Below are positions 1 through 7,519 of a DNA stretch of 64,000 nucleotides, piece after piece (the stretch's first letter is position 1; each line of letters starts with the position of its first letter). Under the pieces are notes generated by a model. That model searched no databases and had not been told where the DNA came from. It saw only the letters and a list, made by a program, of their open reading frames with translations. Position numbers and translations under genes: made by a program. The DNA comes from a virus. Taxonomy: Duplodnaviria; Caudoviricetes. The DNA lies in IMG/VR virus record IMGVR_UViG_3300000101_000005; one strand, written 5' to 3'.

Positions 1-250
1 CAGGAGCGTTTATAAGAACATTATCTAGTCTTGCTTGACTAGTTGCTTCAGCATTAGTTGTTGAAACATCTGTTTGAATGTCTAGGTCGTATTGAGGGGA
101 ATCTGTTTTAACACCAATTCTATTATTAGTAACATCTAAGTATAATATTGGAGTTGCATCAAAATTGGTATTCTTAAAGGCAAGATCAATTCCTTGTCTT
201 TCAAGATTTGGATCTAATAAATGTCCACCTATTCGCCCTACTTGTGACAT
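1..250 (-). CDS. Virion structural protein, 5' part only (runs off the left edge)
   Basis: ATG at 250-248 overlaps the TAA of the upstream gene. Manual translation is open to the edge: MSQVGRIGGHLLDPNLERQGIDLAFKNTNFDATPILYLDVTNNRIGVKTDSP...; the LYLDVxNNRIG motif is typical of fibre/structural proteins. Not in the ORF track. Confidence 0.75.
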   Translation of the reverse strand, partial: MSQVGRIGGHLLDPNLERQGIDLAFKNTNFDATPILYLDVTNNRIGVKTDSPQYDLDIQTDVSTTNAEATSQARLDNVLINAP

Positions 251-774
251 TAGTTTGAGAATCCGTAGAAGGTTGTTAGATACTTAGTAGCCGGCACCGG
301 AGAATTAAATTTAAAATAATATCCGTCTGCGTATGGCTGATTAGGCCCTGTTAAATTTCCAGCAGTGCTTTGTTCAAGTGTAAAGTTAGTTGTAGGAATT
401 TGTAATACGTTTTCAATTAAACATAAAACGTTGTTTGCACTTGTTGATTCAAATACTGGTCCAAACACAGTTTCAGTTCCATCTCCTGGTCCTAGTGTTT
501 GTACTGTAATAGCAGAAGCCGCAGGCTGCACAACTAATTCCCAGTTGCCGCCAACATATGCTTCAATAGCAGTAATGTCAGTATTGTATCTAATAGTTCC
601 GTCTGCTGTAGCCGGTTGTCTTACACCTACTAAGTCTGGTCTTTGTGCTGACGTTCCTTTAGGTAACATCAAGCCAGCAGTTGTACTCATTACAACTCTT
701 CCATAAGGATTAATTGAAATAGAATTATCACTTGGACTGTATCTAGATGTATTCTGGTATTTTAAAAACTTCAT
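250..774 (-). CDS. Putative virion structural protein
   Basis: 174 aa; LMLPKGTSAQRP...GTIRYNTD...EAY motif seen in phage fibre/structural proteins; lies in a late operon. Confidence 0.6.
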   Translation of the reverse strand: MKFLKYQNTSRYSPSDNSISINPYGRVVMSTTAGLMLPKGTSAQRPDLVGVRQPATADGTIRYNTDITAIEAYVGGNWELVVQPAASAITVQTLGPGDGTETVFGPVFESTSANNVLCLIENVLQIPTTNFTLEQSTAGNLTGPNQPYADGYYFKFNSPVPATKYLTTFYGFSN

Positions 775-784
775 AAGTTTTCCT

Positions 785-1162
785 CTACACTTGCATTGAA
801 CTTACTGTTACAGTAATTAAATCTGCTACAGATGTACCAACCCAAATTTCATCGCCTGAATCTAAAATAATTTTTTCATCACTGAAAAATACTGTTTCGC
901 CTGCAGGCACAATTAATGTATTAACAATAATGTTATCTGTATCCGGTGTATCACCAGCTTTTACTAGGTACACACTTACATTACATGTATTAACAGACTC
1001 GTCCGTAATAGTTGGAGCACCAAGGTTACAAAGGATCATAGTAGTAATTGCATTTACTTGTCCTGTAACAGCGCCTCCAATAGGAGCACCTGTAGTTGTA
1101 CTAGTATAGACTTTTTCCGGAACACTAACACTTGTTGCAGATACTTTTGTACTTTTAATCAT
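785..1162 (-). CDS. Small beta-rich virion protein (hypothetical)
   Basis: 125 aa with SD-like AAGGA upstream; beta-strand pattern (TMILCN...VYLV...EKIILDSGD). Confidence 0.6.
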   Translation of the reverse strand: MIKSTKVSATSVSVPEKVYTSTTTGAPIGGAVTGQVNAITTMILCNLGAPTITDESVNTCNVSVYLVKAGDTPDTDNIIVNTLIVPAGETVFFSDEKIILDSGDEIWVGTSVADLITVTVSSMQV

Positions 1163-1173
1163 TTGTTTTTCCT

Positions 1174-2136
1174 TTAAAATATCATACTGTAAAGTAATGC
1201 TCTGTTTCTATTTACTAGTTCTCCAGTTCTAGTACCATTGGTAAAGAACACACCTGTTTGACCTAACTGTTCTTCATTGTGATAAAGAATAGTTGATTCG
1301 TTTACATATGCTGGAGTAACTGCAATTTTTTCAAGTTCAAGTCCGTAGCTAAGTTTAACTTTACCTGTACCTTGTGTTCTTAAAAAGATATTACCGTTAG
1401 TATCGTTGTTTGTTATTTCGTTGTTAATAAATTCAAGGTTTTGTATTACTGCTCTATTAGAATAAAATTGAGCACCTAGTGACCCATCAACAATTACTGA
1501 AATAGCACTTTCTCCAAAGGAACTATATCCAGTGTTGTCAACCAAGTAAGTTAATGCACCACTAACATCTTTATCAGTAACAATGACCCTTGTGTCATTA
1601 TCAATAATTTGGAATGTTGGATTATCTCTAATAGAATCGTCGACATATCTTTTATTAGGAATATCATCGTCGTGAGTTATTTGATTTTCATAGTTTGTAG
1701 TACCAATAACTTTTACAACACCTATACCTGAACCTATAAGGGTTAAATCTCCCCCATCTGTAGTATCGCTAGTTGTAATAGTTTTTAATCTTAAACTACT
1801 ATCAGTAAAGTTGTAACTACCACTGTTACCTTTTGCAATGTTAAACGTATCATCATTTTCATCGTAAAAGAATGAAGCAGGTGTTTCGGTTCCTCTATCA
1901 ATCTGTATACCAGCATATCTTAAAGAAACTCCAGCACCTGATTCACCATAATTTAATTCAATAATGTTATCGTTAACATTTAGGTTTTCAGCTTGGACAG
2001 TTAGTGTATCACCTTCAACAACTAAGTTGCCTGTGATTCGTACTTCACCGATACCTGCTCCAGTATCAAATTTTACATTTGATCCTTCACCTGTCTTAAT
2101 CGTATAATCACCGTTGGTTTGTACTAACTGTGCCAT
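1174..2136 (-). CDS. Fibre-like virion structural protein
   Basis: 320 aa; GNLVVEGDTLTVQAENLNVNDNIIELN...AGIQIDRG segment resembles the shaft motif in the fibre at 48747. Confidence 0.6.
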   Translation of the reverse strand: MAQLVQTNGDYTIKTGEGSNVKFDTGAGIGEVRITGNLVVEGDTLTVQAENLNVNDNIIELNYGESGAGVSLRYAGIQIDRGTETPASFFYDENDDTFNIAKGNSGSYNFTDSSLRLKTITTSDTTDGGDLTLIGSGIGVVKVIGTTNYENQITHDDDIPNKRYVDDSIRDNPTFQIIDNDTRVIVTDKDVSGALTYLVDNTGYSSFGESAISVIVDGSLGAQFYSNRAVIQNLEFINNEITNNDTNGNIFLRTQGTGKVKLSYGLELEKIAVTPAYVNESTILYHNEEQLGQTGVFFTNGTRTGELVNRNRALLYSMIF

Positions 2137-2147
2137 TAACTATATTC

Positions 2148-2540
2148 CTATACGTCTTCTAATGTTAAAACGTTTGTAGTTGAGTCATCACTAACAGACC
2201 ACTTGTATCTGTTGTTACTAAAGTCTGTAGCAATTCTGTTTGACATCTTCATAACGTTAACTGCTTGACCGTTATAGTAACCAATGATTACCATTTCGCC
2301 TTCAAGCACAGCAGAAGAATCAGTAACTTTATTTACAAGTTTACAAATTGCTTCTTCGCCTGAGTCATTACCGTGAACTAAAAATCTACGTGAAGATTTT
2401 TGTTTAACGATATAAACATCACTGCCGCCATCTGTAGCATTAACAATAATGCCGCCGATAAACGCTGCTTCAACTGGAATATGAGGTGTTGCGTCAACAC
2501 CCAATGCACCGAAATATTTCTTATTAATTGGTCTTCCCAT
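2148..2540 (-). CDS. Hypothetical late protein (MGRPINKKYFG...)
   Basis: 130 aa; strong SD TAAGGAG; first gene after the late promoter at 2630-2635. Confidence 0.7.
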   Translation of the reverse strand: MGRPINKKYFGALGVDATPHIPVEAAFIGGIIVNATDGGSDVYIVKQKSSRRFLVHGNDSGEEAICKLVNKVTDSSAVLEGEMVIIGYYNGQAVNVMKMSNRIATDFSNNRYKWSVSDDSTTNVLTLEDV

Positions 2541-2558
2541 TTTTTTCTCCTTAAGTTT

Positions 2559-2625
2559 GACGTTCTAGGTCTACGCGGTTGGTTTTCCGCATAAGTCCGC
2601 CGTTGTCAGCGGCACACTTTTGACA
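2559..2625 (-). promoter_or_regulatory. Structured 5' leader of a late operon
   Basis: Stems GCCG/CGGC (2599-2602/2610-2613), GCGG/CCGC (2575-2578/2587-2590), GAC/GTC (2559-2561/2595-2597) and alternative TGTCA/TGACA (2604-2608/2621-2625), between the TAAATA box and the SD. Confidence 0.45.
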
Positions 2626-2629
2626 CAAG

Positions 2630-2635
2630 TATTTA
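2630..2635 (-). promoter_or_regulatory. gp55-type late promoter (TAAATA)
   Basis: GATAAATAC on the minus strand, overlapping the stop of the 89-aa gene and upstream of structural genes. Confidence 0.7.
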
Positions 2636-2902
2636 TCTTCTGCTAAGGATTGCTAGAAGTTCTTGTTGGCCAACAGTTTTAAGAAGAACGTTCATATTGT
2701 CTATTTCTGCTTGAGCTCGTTCTAAATGTATGTTACGTTTAGTTTGACGATGCATAATCATGTGCTGACTATGATTATCAATGAGCTTTTCTAGTGCTTT
2801 AGATAACTGACGAACATCGTGTTTGAACATAGAATGGTTCTTGTTCCATTTTTTCACTTGTTCTCTTAATAAAGAGAAGTCTTTGTCGTCTTTTATCTCC
2901 AT
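2633..2902 (-). CDS. Hypothetical helical protein, probably from a leaderless mRNA
   Basis: 89 aa; ATG is 6 nt downstream of a consensus -10 box and has no SD. Confidence 0.7.
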   Translation of the reverse strand: MEIKDDKDFSLLREQVKKWNKNHSMFKHDVRQLSKALEKLIDNHSQHMIMHRQTKRNIHLERAQAEIDNMNVLLKTVGQQELLAILSRR

Positions 2903-2908
2903 GCTAGT

Positions 2909-2937
2909 ATTATATAGTATTTTGGACAGTTAGTCAA
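2909..2937 (-). promoter_or_regulatory. Sigma70-type early promoter
   Basis: TTGACT (2937-2932), 17 nt, TATAAT (2914-2909). Confidence 0.85.
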
Positions 2938-2938
2938 G

Positions 2939-2963
2939 AAAAAAGACACCGAAGTGTCTTTTT
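2939..2963 (-). terminator. Intrinsic terminator
   Basis: Minus strand AAAAA-GACAC-TTCG-GTGTC-TTTTT: cUUCGg tetraloop plus U-tract; A-tract on the other side, so possibly bidirectional. Confidence 0.9.
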
Positions 2964-2970
2964 AATATAA

Positions 2971-3145
2971 GCAAAATAGGTAGGACTTGGGTACACCTAC
3001 AAGCACGGACCTGAATACCATTCTGTTCCGTACAACCTAACCCCGCTAGTGAATGCGATGTGATACTGCCTATCTCTAGTACAGCACCTGGGTACCACCC
3101 CTGGTTAGTCAAGTTCAACCCTTCTGGTAAAGGCTTCTTCCTTGC
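2971..3145 (-). ncRNA. Structured non-coding RNA of unknown family (~175-nt core, ~240-nt transcript)
   Basis: Bounded by its own promoter and terminator. Ends pair (GCAAGGAAG / CTATTTTGC); internal stems have G-U pairs and a GAGA tetraloop only on the minus strand; possible pseudoknot. Confidence 0.7.
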
Positions 3146-3187
3146 ACTATAAACAAAAGTTAATTACTCTTTTGTTGCTATATTATT

Positions 3188-3215
3188 AATATAACACAAA
3201 ATAAGTATTTGTCAA
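3188..3215 (-). promoter_or_regulatory. Sigma70-type promoter for the ncRNA
   Basis: TTGACA (3215-3210), 16 nt, extended -10 TG-T-TATATT (3193-3188). Confidence 0.7.
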
Positions 3216-3236
3216 CCTCTTTTATTTTGGATAAAA

Positions 3237-3431
3237 CTATATATTATTACTTGAAGTAACAGAAATATGTTTTAGTACTTTGCCAGTATTCTCGCCACTT
3301 TTTACAGTATATCCACTAGTACCACTACCATTAATATTTGGCTCAGAACGTGACATCATTAAGATGCGTTCCTTACGAGCTCTCATTTTTGCCTCGCGGT
3401 ATGTTTTGTGTAAATGATCGAATCTGTTCAT
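3237..3431 (-). CDS. Small basic protein (64 aa) under riboswitch control
   Basis: Start moved from 3470 to ATG 3431: it follows the SD AAGGAGG (3443-3437), while 3470 falls inside the riboswitch. MNRFDHLHKTYREAKMRARKERILMMSRSE... Confidence 0.7.
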   Translation of the reverse strand: MNRFDHLHKTYREAKMRARKERILMMSRSEPNINGSGTSGYTVKSGENTGKVLKHISVTSSNNI

Positions 3432-3456
3432 AACACCCTCCTTTTTAAAGTTAGGT

Positions 3457-3503
3457 GCGTTCCTTCGCATAATGCTACTTCCGTCCCGATTGGGATGAAC
3501 GAT
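3457..3503 (-). ncRNA. Glutamine riboswitch, glnA class (three-way junction)
   Basis: Minus strand CGTTC-A-TCCC-AATC-GGGA-C-GGAAGTA-GCA-TTA-TGC-GAAG-GAACG: P1 CGUUC/GAACG, P2, P3 and the loop-E strands GGAAGUA/GAAG match the glnA aptamer as I recall it. Confidence 0.8.
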
Positions 3504-3508
3504 ACTAT

Positions 3509-3514
3509 TATTTA
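3509..3514 (-). promoter_or_regulatory. gp55-type late promoter (TAAATA)
   Basis: CTAAATAAT, about 5 nt upstream of the aptamer 5' end. Confidence 0.6.
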
Positions 3515-3520
3515 GTCATA

Positions 3521-3551
3521 AAAAAAGGGCGATATAAAAATACCGCCCTTT
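3521..3551 (-). terminator. Intrinsic terminator of the head operon
   Basis: AAAGGGCG/CGCCCTTT stem (3524-3531/3544-3551) with a U-run on the minus strand, just after the capsid gene. Confidence 0.75.
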
Positions 3552-3577
3552 AGTAGATTTTTTAAATCTATACTTGC

Positions 3578-4750
3578 TTACGCAAATCTTAGGTTAGCTG
3601 AAGTAACTCCAACTTTTCCTAAGTAGTCAGCTGCATTACCAAGAGATGATGCAGTGTTTGTTAACTCTACATAACCATATCTTGTCATGAAACTTACAAC
3701 TGGCTCAAATGTACCTGGATCAAGTACAACACCGCTTGACATCAAAGGAATGTATGGGCAGTAGAACGCAGGTGCGTCTGATTCCGAAGAACCTTTGTAA
3801 CCGATCAACACATCGTCGTCAGTTGCATAACCGTTAACGTACACACGCATTGCACTATTTAAAGTTCCTACAAACTTAGTGTTTGTTGGTGCTTCAAAAG
3901 TACCTTCAGTTGTTCTTGCGAACGCTGAAGTTGTAGCAGATTGTAACAACGTTAATACTGTTGGTGAAACAACAGCGTAGTTACCTGCGCCACGTCTTGT
4001 ACGCTGTGCAATCAAGTTAGATACTCTGTTGATTTGAACAGCTAAAGCAGCATGTTCGTCACCAACAAAAGTAGCAGTACCTGACACTGCACCTTGGTCG
4101 TAAGTTAAAGCAGCCGTACCAGCAAGTGTTTTCAATGATTGAATAACTTCTTGGTCAATTTCAGCTGTTATTTCTTGTGCTAAAGCAGCCATTACTTCTG
4201 CTTCGATGTCAATGCCCTGTTGAGCTTGTGCATCTTGTGCAGCTTCAAACGTCCAACGAGCACTCAATTTACGAGTTTTCGCTTCGACAGTTTGTTTCAA
4301 GATTTGAATGCTTAGTCTGTTTCCAGCTACACCTTCTAAAGCTGCTGTAGAAGCTGCTTTATCATTAGTAGCACCAGAATAACCTTCTGCGATCTTGAAA
4401 GGTGATAGTGCTTCGTCACCTGCTGTAGTGTCAGTTCCACTTCCAGAGTTGAATGCATCAGCATAACGTACTCTTAATGTGTGGATTTGACCAACAGGTC
4501 CAGTCATTGGCTGTACGCCAACTAGTTCATTAGCGATGACCGTAGGCATCACACGTCTGATCACTGGAAGGATCACACGGTTTAGTGTTGCGACGTTACC
4601 GGCAGATGTAGCACCTGCTGTAGCAGACTCGTTCAAATACGTGCGGGTATTCTCCAGAGTTGTTGCCATAACAGTACGCTTGTTACCTTGAAGTCCTTCT
4701 AAAAGGGCATCTTTGGTTTCTGACCAGCGACTTTCTAGTAGTTGTGACAT
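3578..4750 (-). CDS. gp23: Major capsid protein, T4 gp23-like
   Basis: 390 aa; motifs VGVQPMTGPVGQI, VEAKTRKLSARWTFEAAQD, AFYCPYIPL, FMTRYG; follows scaffold and protease. Confidence 0.95.
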   Translation of the reverse strand: MSQLLESRWSETKDALLEGLQGNKRTVMATTLENTRTYLNESATAGATSAGNVATLNRVILPVIRRVMPTVIANELVGVQPMTGPVGQIHTLRVRYADAFNSGSGTDTTAGDEALSPFKIAEGYSGATNDKAASTAALEGVAGNRLSIQILKQTVEAKTRKLSARWTFEAAQDAQAQQGIDIEAEVMAALAQEITAEIDQEVIQSLKTLAGTAALTYDQGAVSGTATFVGDEHAALAVQINRVSNLIAQRTRRGAGNYAVVSPTVLTLLQSATTSAFARTTEGTFEAPTNTKFVGTLNSAMRVYVNGYATDDDVLIGYKGSSESDAPAFYCPYIPLMSSGVVLDPGTFEPVVSFMTRYGYVELTNTASSLGNAADYLGKVGVTSANLRFA

Positions 4751-4761
4751 TGTTTTTCTCC

Positions 4762-5856
4762 TTAAACTTTTAAGCCCGCAAGCCTGCGGATGTCAAATAT
4801 CTCAGCAGTTTTTTCTCCACCGCCAATTTGATTGCCTTGTGCTTTATCGCCTGTTATTTCTTTTGCCTCTGTCAACGCCACTTTAGATGGAGCACTTCCT
4901 TCCATTACAGAAGAAATATACTTGTCATAAGCTGCGTGTAATTTATTAGTCTGTACAGATTCTAATAACTCACCCATTACCTCACGCTTCTCTGCTGCAA
5001 GAGGTCCTAGCAATTCTGCCATTACATCTTGTCTAGCTGCGCTATCTTTGATACGAGCAATTTCTGCATCTCGACTTTCCACTAACTCTTTAGATTTTGC
5101 AACAAACTTTGCTGCTTCTGCTACTTCAGTTTCTTTCTGTTTTACAACTTTAAGAAGTTTAGAAGTTTCAGATTTTTCATTTAAATGGCTAGTAGCGTAT
5201 TCACTTGCGAACGATTCAAAAAGTCTACGACCAAAGTCGTTTTCTCTCGCTGCCTGAATATCTTCTTTCAATTGTACCATTTCAGATTTAATACCTTTCG
5301 ATACTGTACCTTCAACGATATTCGATGCTTTATTGATAAAGTCTTTCTTAACTGCTTCAAATTTAGCCTTGCTATCTCTAACAAGTTTAACTTTGGTTTC
5401 TGCTAAGTCTTTCTTATCAGCATGGAATTCTGCAATTTCTTTCGAAAGTGCATTAACAATAAAAGATTCAAGTTTGGCAACATTACCTGCAACTGCTTTA
5501 CGATCTTCACGAAGTTCTGCTAATTCATTCTTAAGATTTTTAAGAACAAATGCTTCCATAGCTTTTGAATCTTTTACGATTTTATTAGCATATTTGGCTT
5601 TAGCTTCAATAAGTCCTTGGCGATCTTCTGCAAATTCAGAAAGCTCTGCTGTAATTCTGTCAGCCAGCATCTTCTCAACTGCTTCAACCATCGCGGTCTT
5701 ATCGTGTTCGTACTTCTGTGCATATTCTTCACGCAATTGTGTAGTAACATTATCACGGTTATCTTGAACGGTTTTTTCCCAAGCGGTCTCAATTTCCGAC
5801 TTGACTTCTTCGGAAATCACATTGTTTTCAAATAGTTGTTTTACAAACTCTAGCAT
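4762..5856 (-). CDS. gp22: Prohead core scaffold protein, gp22-like
   Basis: 364-aa charged coiled-coil protein between protease and capsid genes, with many LxE sites. Confidence 0.8.
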   Translation of the reverse strand: MLEFVKQLFENNVISEEVKSEIETAWEKTVQDNRDNVTTQLREEYAQKYEHDKTAMVEAVEKMLADRITAELSEFAEDRQGLIEAKAKYANKIVKDSKAMEAFVLKNLKNELAELREDRKAVAGNVAKLESFIVNALSKEIAEFHADKKDLAETKVKLVRDSKAKFEAVKKDFINKASNIVEGTVSKGIKSEMVQLKEDIQAARENDFGRRLFESFASEYATSHLNEKSETSKLLKVVKQKETEVAEAAKFVAKSKELVESRDAEIARIKDSAARQDVMAELLGPLAAEKREVMGELLESVQTNKLHAAYDKYISSVMEGSAPSKVALTEAKEITGDKAQGNQIGGGEKTAEIFDIRRLAGLKV

Positions 5857-5866
5857 TGTGATTCTC

Positions 5867-6499
5867 CTACGCTTTATTTAGACTTGAAATAAAATTTTTC
5901 AAGCTCTCTGCTATATATCTTTGTGCCTGTGTATCGCCTTGTACTTCTTGTGCCACTTGAAATGCCTTGTAGCCACCTTGTGCGTTCATAAGGTGTTCGT
6001 AAACTGGTGTTGGATATGCTCCCGGGGCAGATGGTTGAGCTACGACATCAACAGTAATAATTTCAAATCCTTGAACATTACCATCTCCGTCAACTTCTCC
6101 CGAACCTCTACTTGAGACTCCCAACTTGACTCCTGATTCCAACATCGATGAAACAATTTGTCCCATCGGCGTTGGTAACATTTTAAGTTTTCCGTAGCCA
6201 TTTGGACCATCCATCCACATTTTTGTAATCATGTGACTGACCCTGTCCAAATTGATTCGTAAATCTTGTGGGTGATCAACTTCACCTAGCACTGAATACC
6301 CCCCAGAAATCTGTTCATTGAGCGTTTTGACAGCCCTATCAATTTCCTTAGAAGAATAAACACGCTGATTAGCGTTACGAATGTCACCTTGAATACAGAT
6401 GCCACTCAAGTGTAACGACTTACCATCATCATGCTCATCACGCTCAAGTACGATTTTAGCCTGATCGAAGCTCAGATGTTCTGCTAGTTTAGTTTTCAC
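5867..6499 (-). CDS. gp21: Prohead protease, gp21-like
   Basis: 210 aa, GTG start; NANQRVY, LGEVDHP, GVKLGVSSRGSG, DVVAQPSAPGAY. Confidence 0.95.
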   Translation of the reverse strand: MKTKLAEHLSFDQAKIVLERDEHDDGKSLHLSGICIQGDIRNANQRVYSSKEIDRAVKTLNEQISGGYSVLGEVDHPQDLRINLDRVSHMITKMWMDGPNGYGKLKMLPTPMGQIVSSMLESGVKLGVSSRGSGEVDGDGNVQGFEIITVDVVAQPSAPGAYPTPVYEHLMNAQGGYKAFQVAQEVQGDTQAQRYIAESLKNFISSLNKA

Positions 6500-6517
6500 T
6501 TATAGTCTTCCTTTTTA

Positions 6518-7450
6518 CTATCGTTTGCTACGGAAAATCGATTGCTTGTTATCAGCTGATTCGCCTGCACCTTTTTTCTCTGCACCATGACCTTTTTGTG
6601 CATTCATTTTAGTTGCATTCTTTGAACCAGGCGTGTTAACGTTGCCCATATTCTCTTCTTTAGGTGTAATGTCTGCTAGTCCACCGTCATTTTTACCTGA
6701 GTCATCGCTGCTTTTAGCAATGTTAGCACTAGTTCCGCCCATGTCGTTTTTCATATTATCAACGACTGACTTCTTGTTGTCTGAACTTTCAGCTGAACCT
6801 TTTGTTTCAGCACCGTGTCCGCCAGCAACTTTTTCTACGTACTCTCTAAACGTGTCTAACTCATCAACTTCTGGAGACATTGCTGCGTCAACAGCTTCTT
6901 CTGCATCCATGTCTGGCATGTCATCGCTTTCGCCTTCATCGCCATCACCTTTGATTTCGTCAAATTTTGCTTGTAACTCATCAACAATTGAATCTAAGTC
7001 TTGGAATAACTCAGCTGGCTCTTTTTCGCCTTCTTCTGAGTCTGCATCAACTTCTGATTCTAAGTCGTCTGTAGGATCGCCACCCATATCAGGCATATCG
7101 TCTTCGCCTTCAATTGCAACGTCTTCAAACTCTTCATCGACTTCTTCGTCTTTTGAGTCTTCTTTAACTTCATCTTCGTCAGTAGCTTCGTCAACTTTGT
7201 CTTCTGCATCGTCATCTGATGCTTCATCAACTTTGTCTTCTGCATCGTCATCTGATGCTTCGTCAACTGCTTCGTCTTCGTTGTCTGAAGTTTCGTCTAC
7301 TTCCTCATCTTTCATTTCTTCTTCAATAAGGTTTTCGTAGATTTCACGTGATTTAGAAACCACGTACTCGTGAAATAATTCTTCTGCTTTTTCTTGGTTA
7401 TCATTAACCAAGTTTTCAAGCATTTGTTCTAATGTAGATTTATCTGCCAT
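6518..7450 (-). CDS. Highly acidic prohead core/internal protein
   Basis: 310 aa, very D/E-rich with repeated VDE motifs; lies between portal and protease where T4 has its core proteins. Confidence 0.6.
   Translation of the reverse strand: MADKSTLEQMLENLVNDNQEKAEELFHEYVVSKSREIYENLIEEEMKDEEVDETSDNEDEAVDEASDDDAEDKVDEASDDDAEDKVDEATDEDEVKEDSKDEEVDEEFEDVAIEGEDDMPDMGGDPTDDLESEVDADSEEGEKEPAELFQDLDSIVDELQAKFDEIKGDGDEGESDDMPDMDAEEAVDAAMSPEVDELDTFREYVEKVAGGHGAETKGSAESSDNKKSVVDNMKNDMGGTSANIAKSSDDSGKNDGGLADITPKEENMGNVNTPGSKNATKMNAQKGHGAEKKGAGESADNKQSIFRSKR
7191..7261. repeat. 36-bp tandem duplication encoding DEASDDDAEDKV
   Basis: TCAACTTTGTCTTCTGCATCGTCATCTGATGCTTC at 7191-7225 and 7227-7261. Confidence 0.9.
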
Positions 7451-7491
7451 TTTAGTTCTCCTTGAAATTATCGGTAAGGCTGTTTGTTATA

Positions 7492-7497
7492 TATTTA
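7492..7497 (-). promoter_or_regulatory. gp55-type late promoter (TAAATA)
   Basis: GTAAATATA in the gap upstream of the core/protease/scaffold/capsid genes. Confidence 0.65.
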
Positions 7498-7519
7498 CAT
7501 AATTGTTATAAAAATAGGG

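Noticed and set aside
2930-3118. 62-aa ORF over the small RNA
   Set aside because: No SD, runs through the terminator, and the region is better explained by base pairing.
3432-3470. ATG 3470 as start of the small ORF
   Set aside because: It lies inside riboswitch stem P3; ATG 3431 has a strong SD.
6633-7340. 235-aa plus-strand Ser-rich ORF
   Set aside because: Antisense shadow of the D/E-rich core gene; GAx codons read as Ser on the opposite strand.
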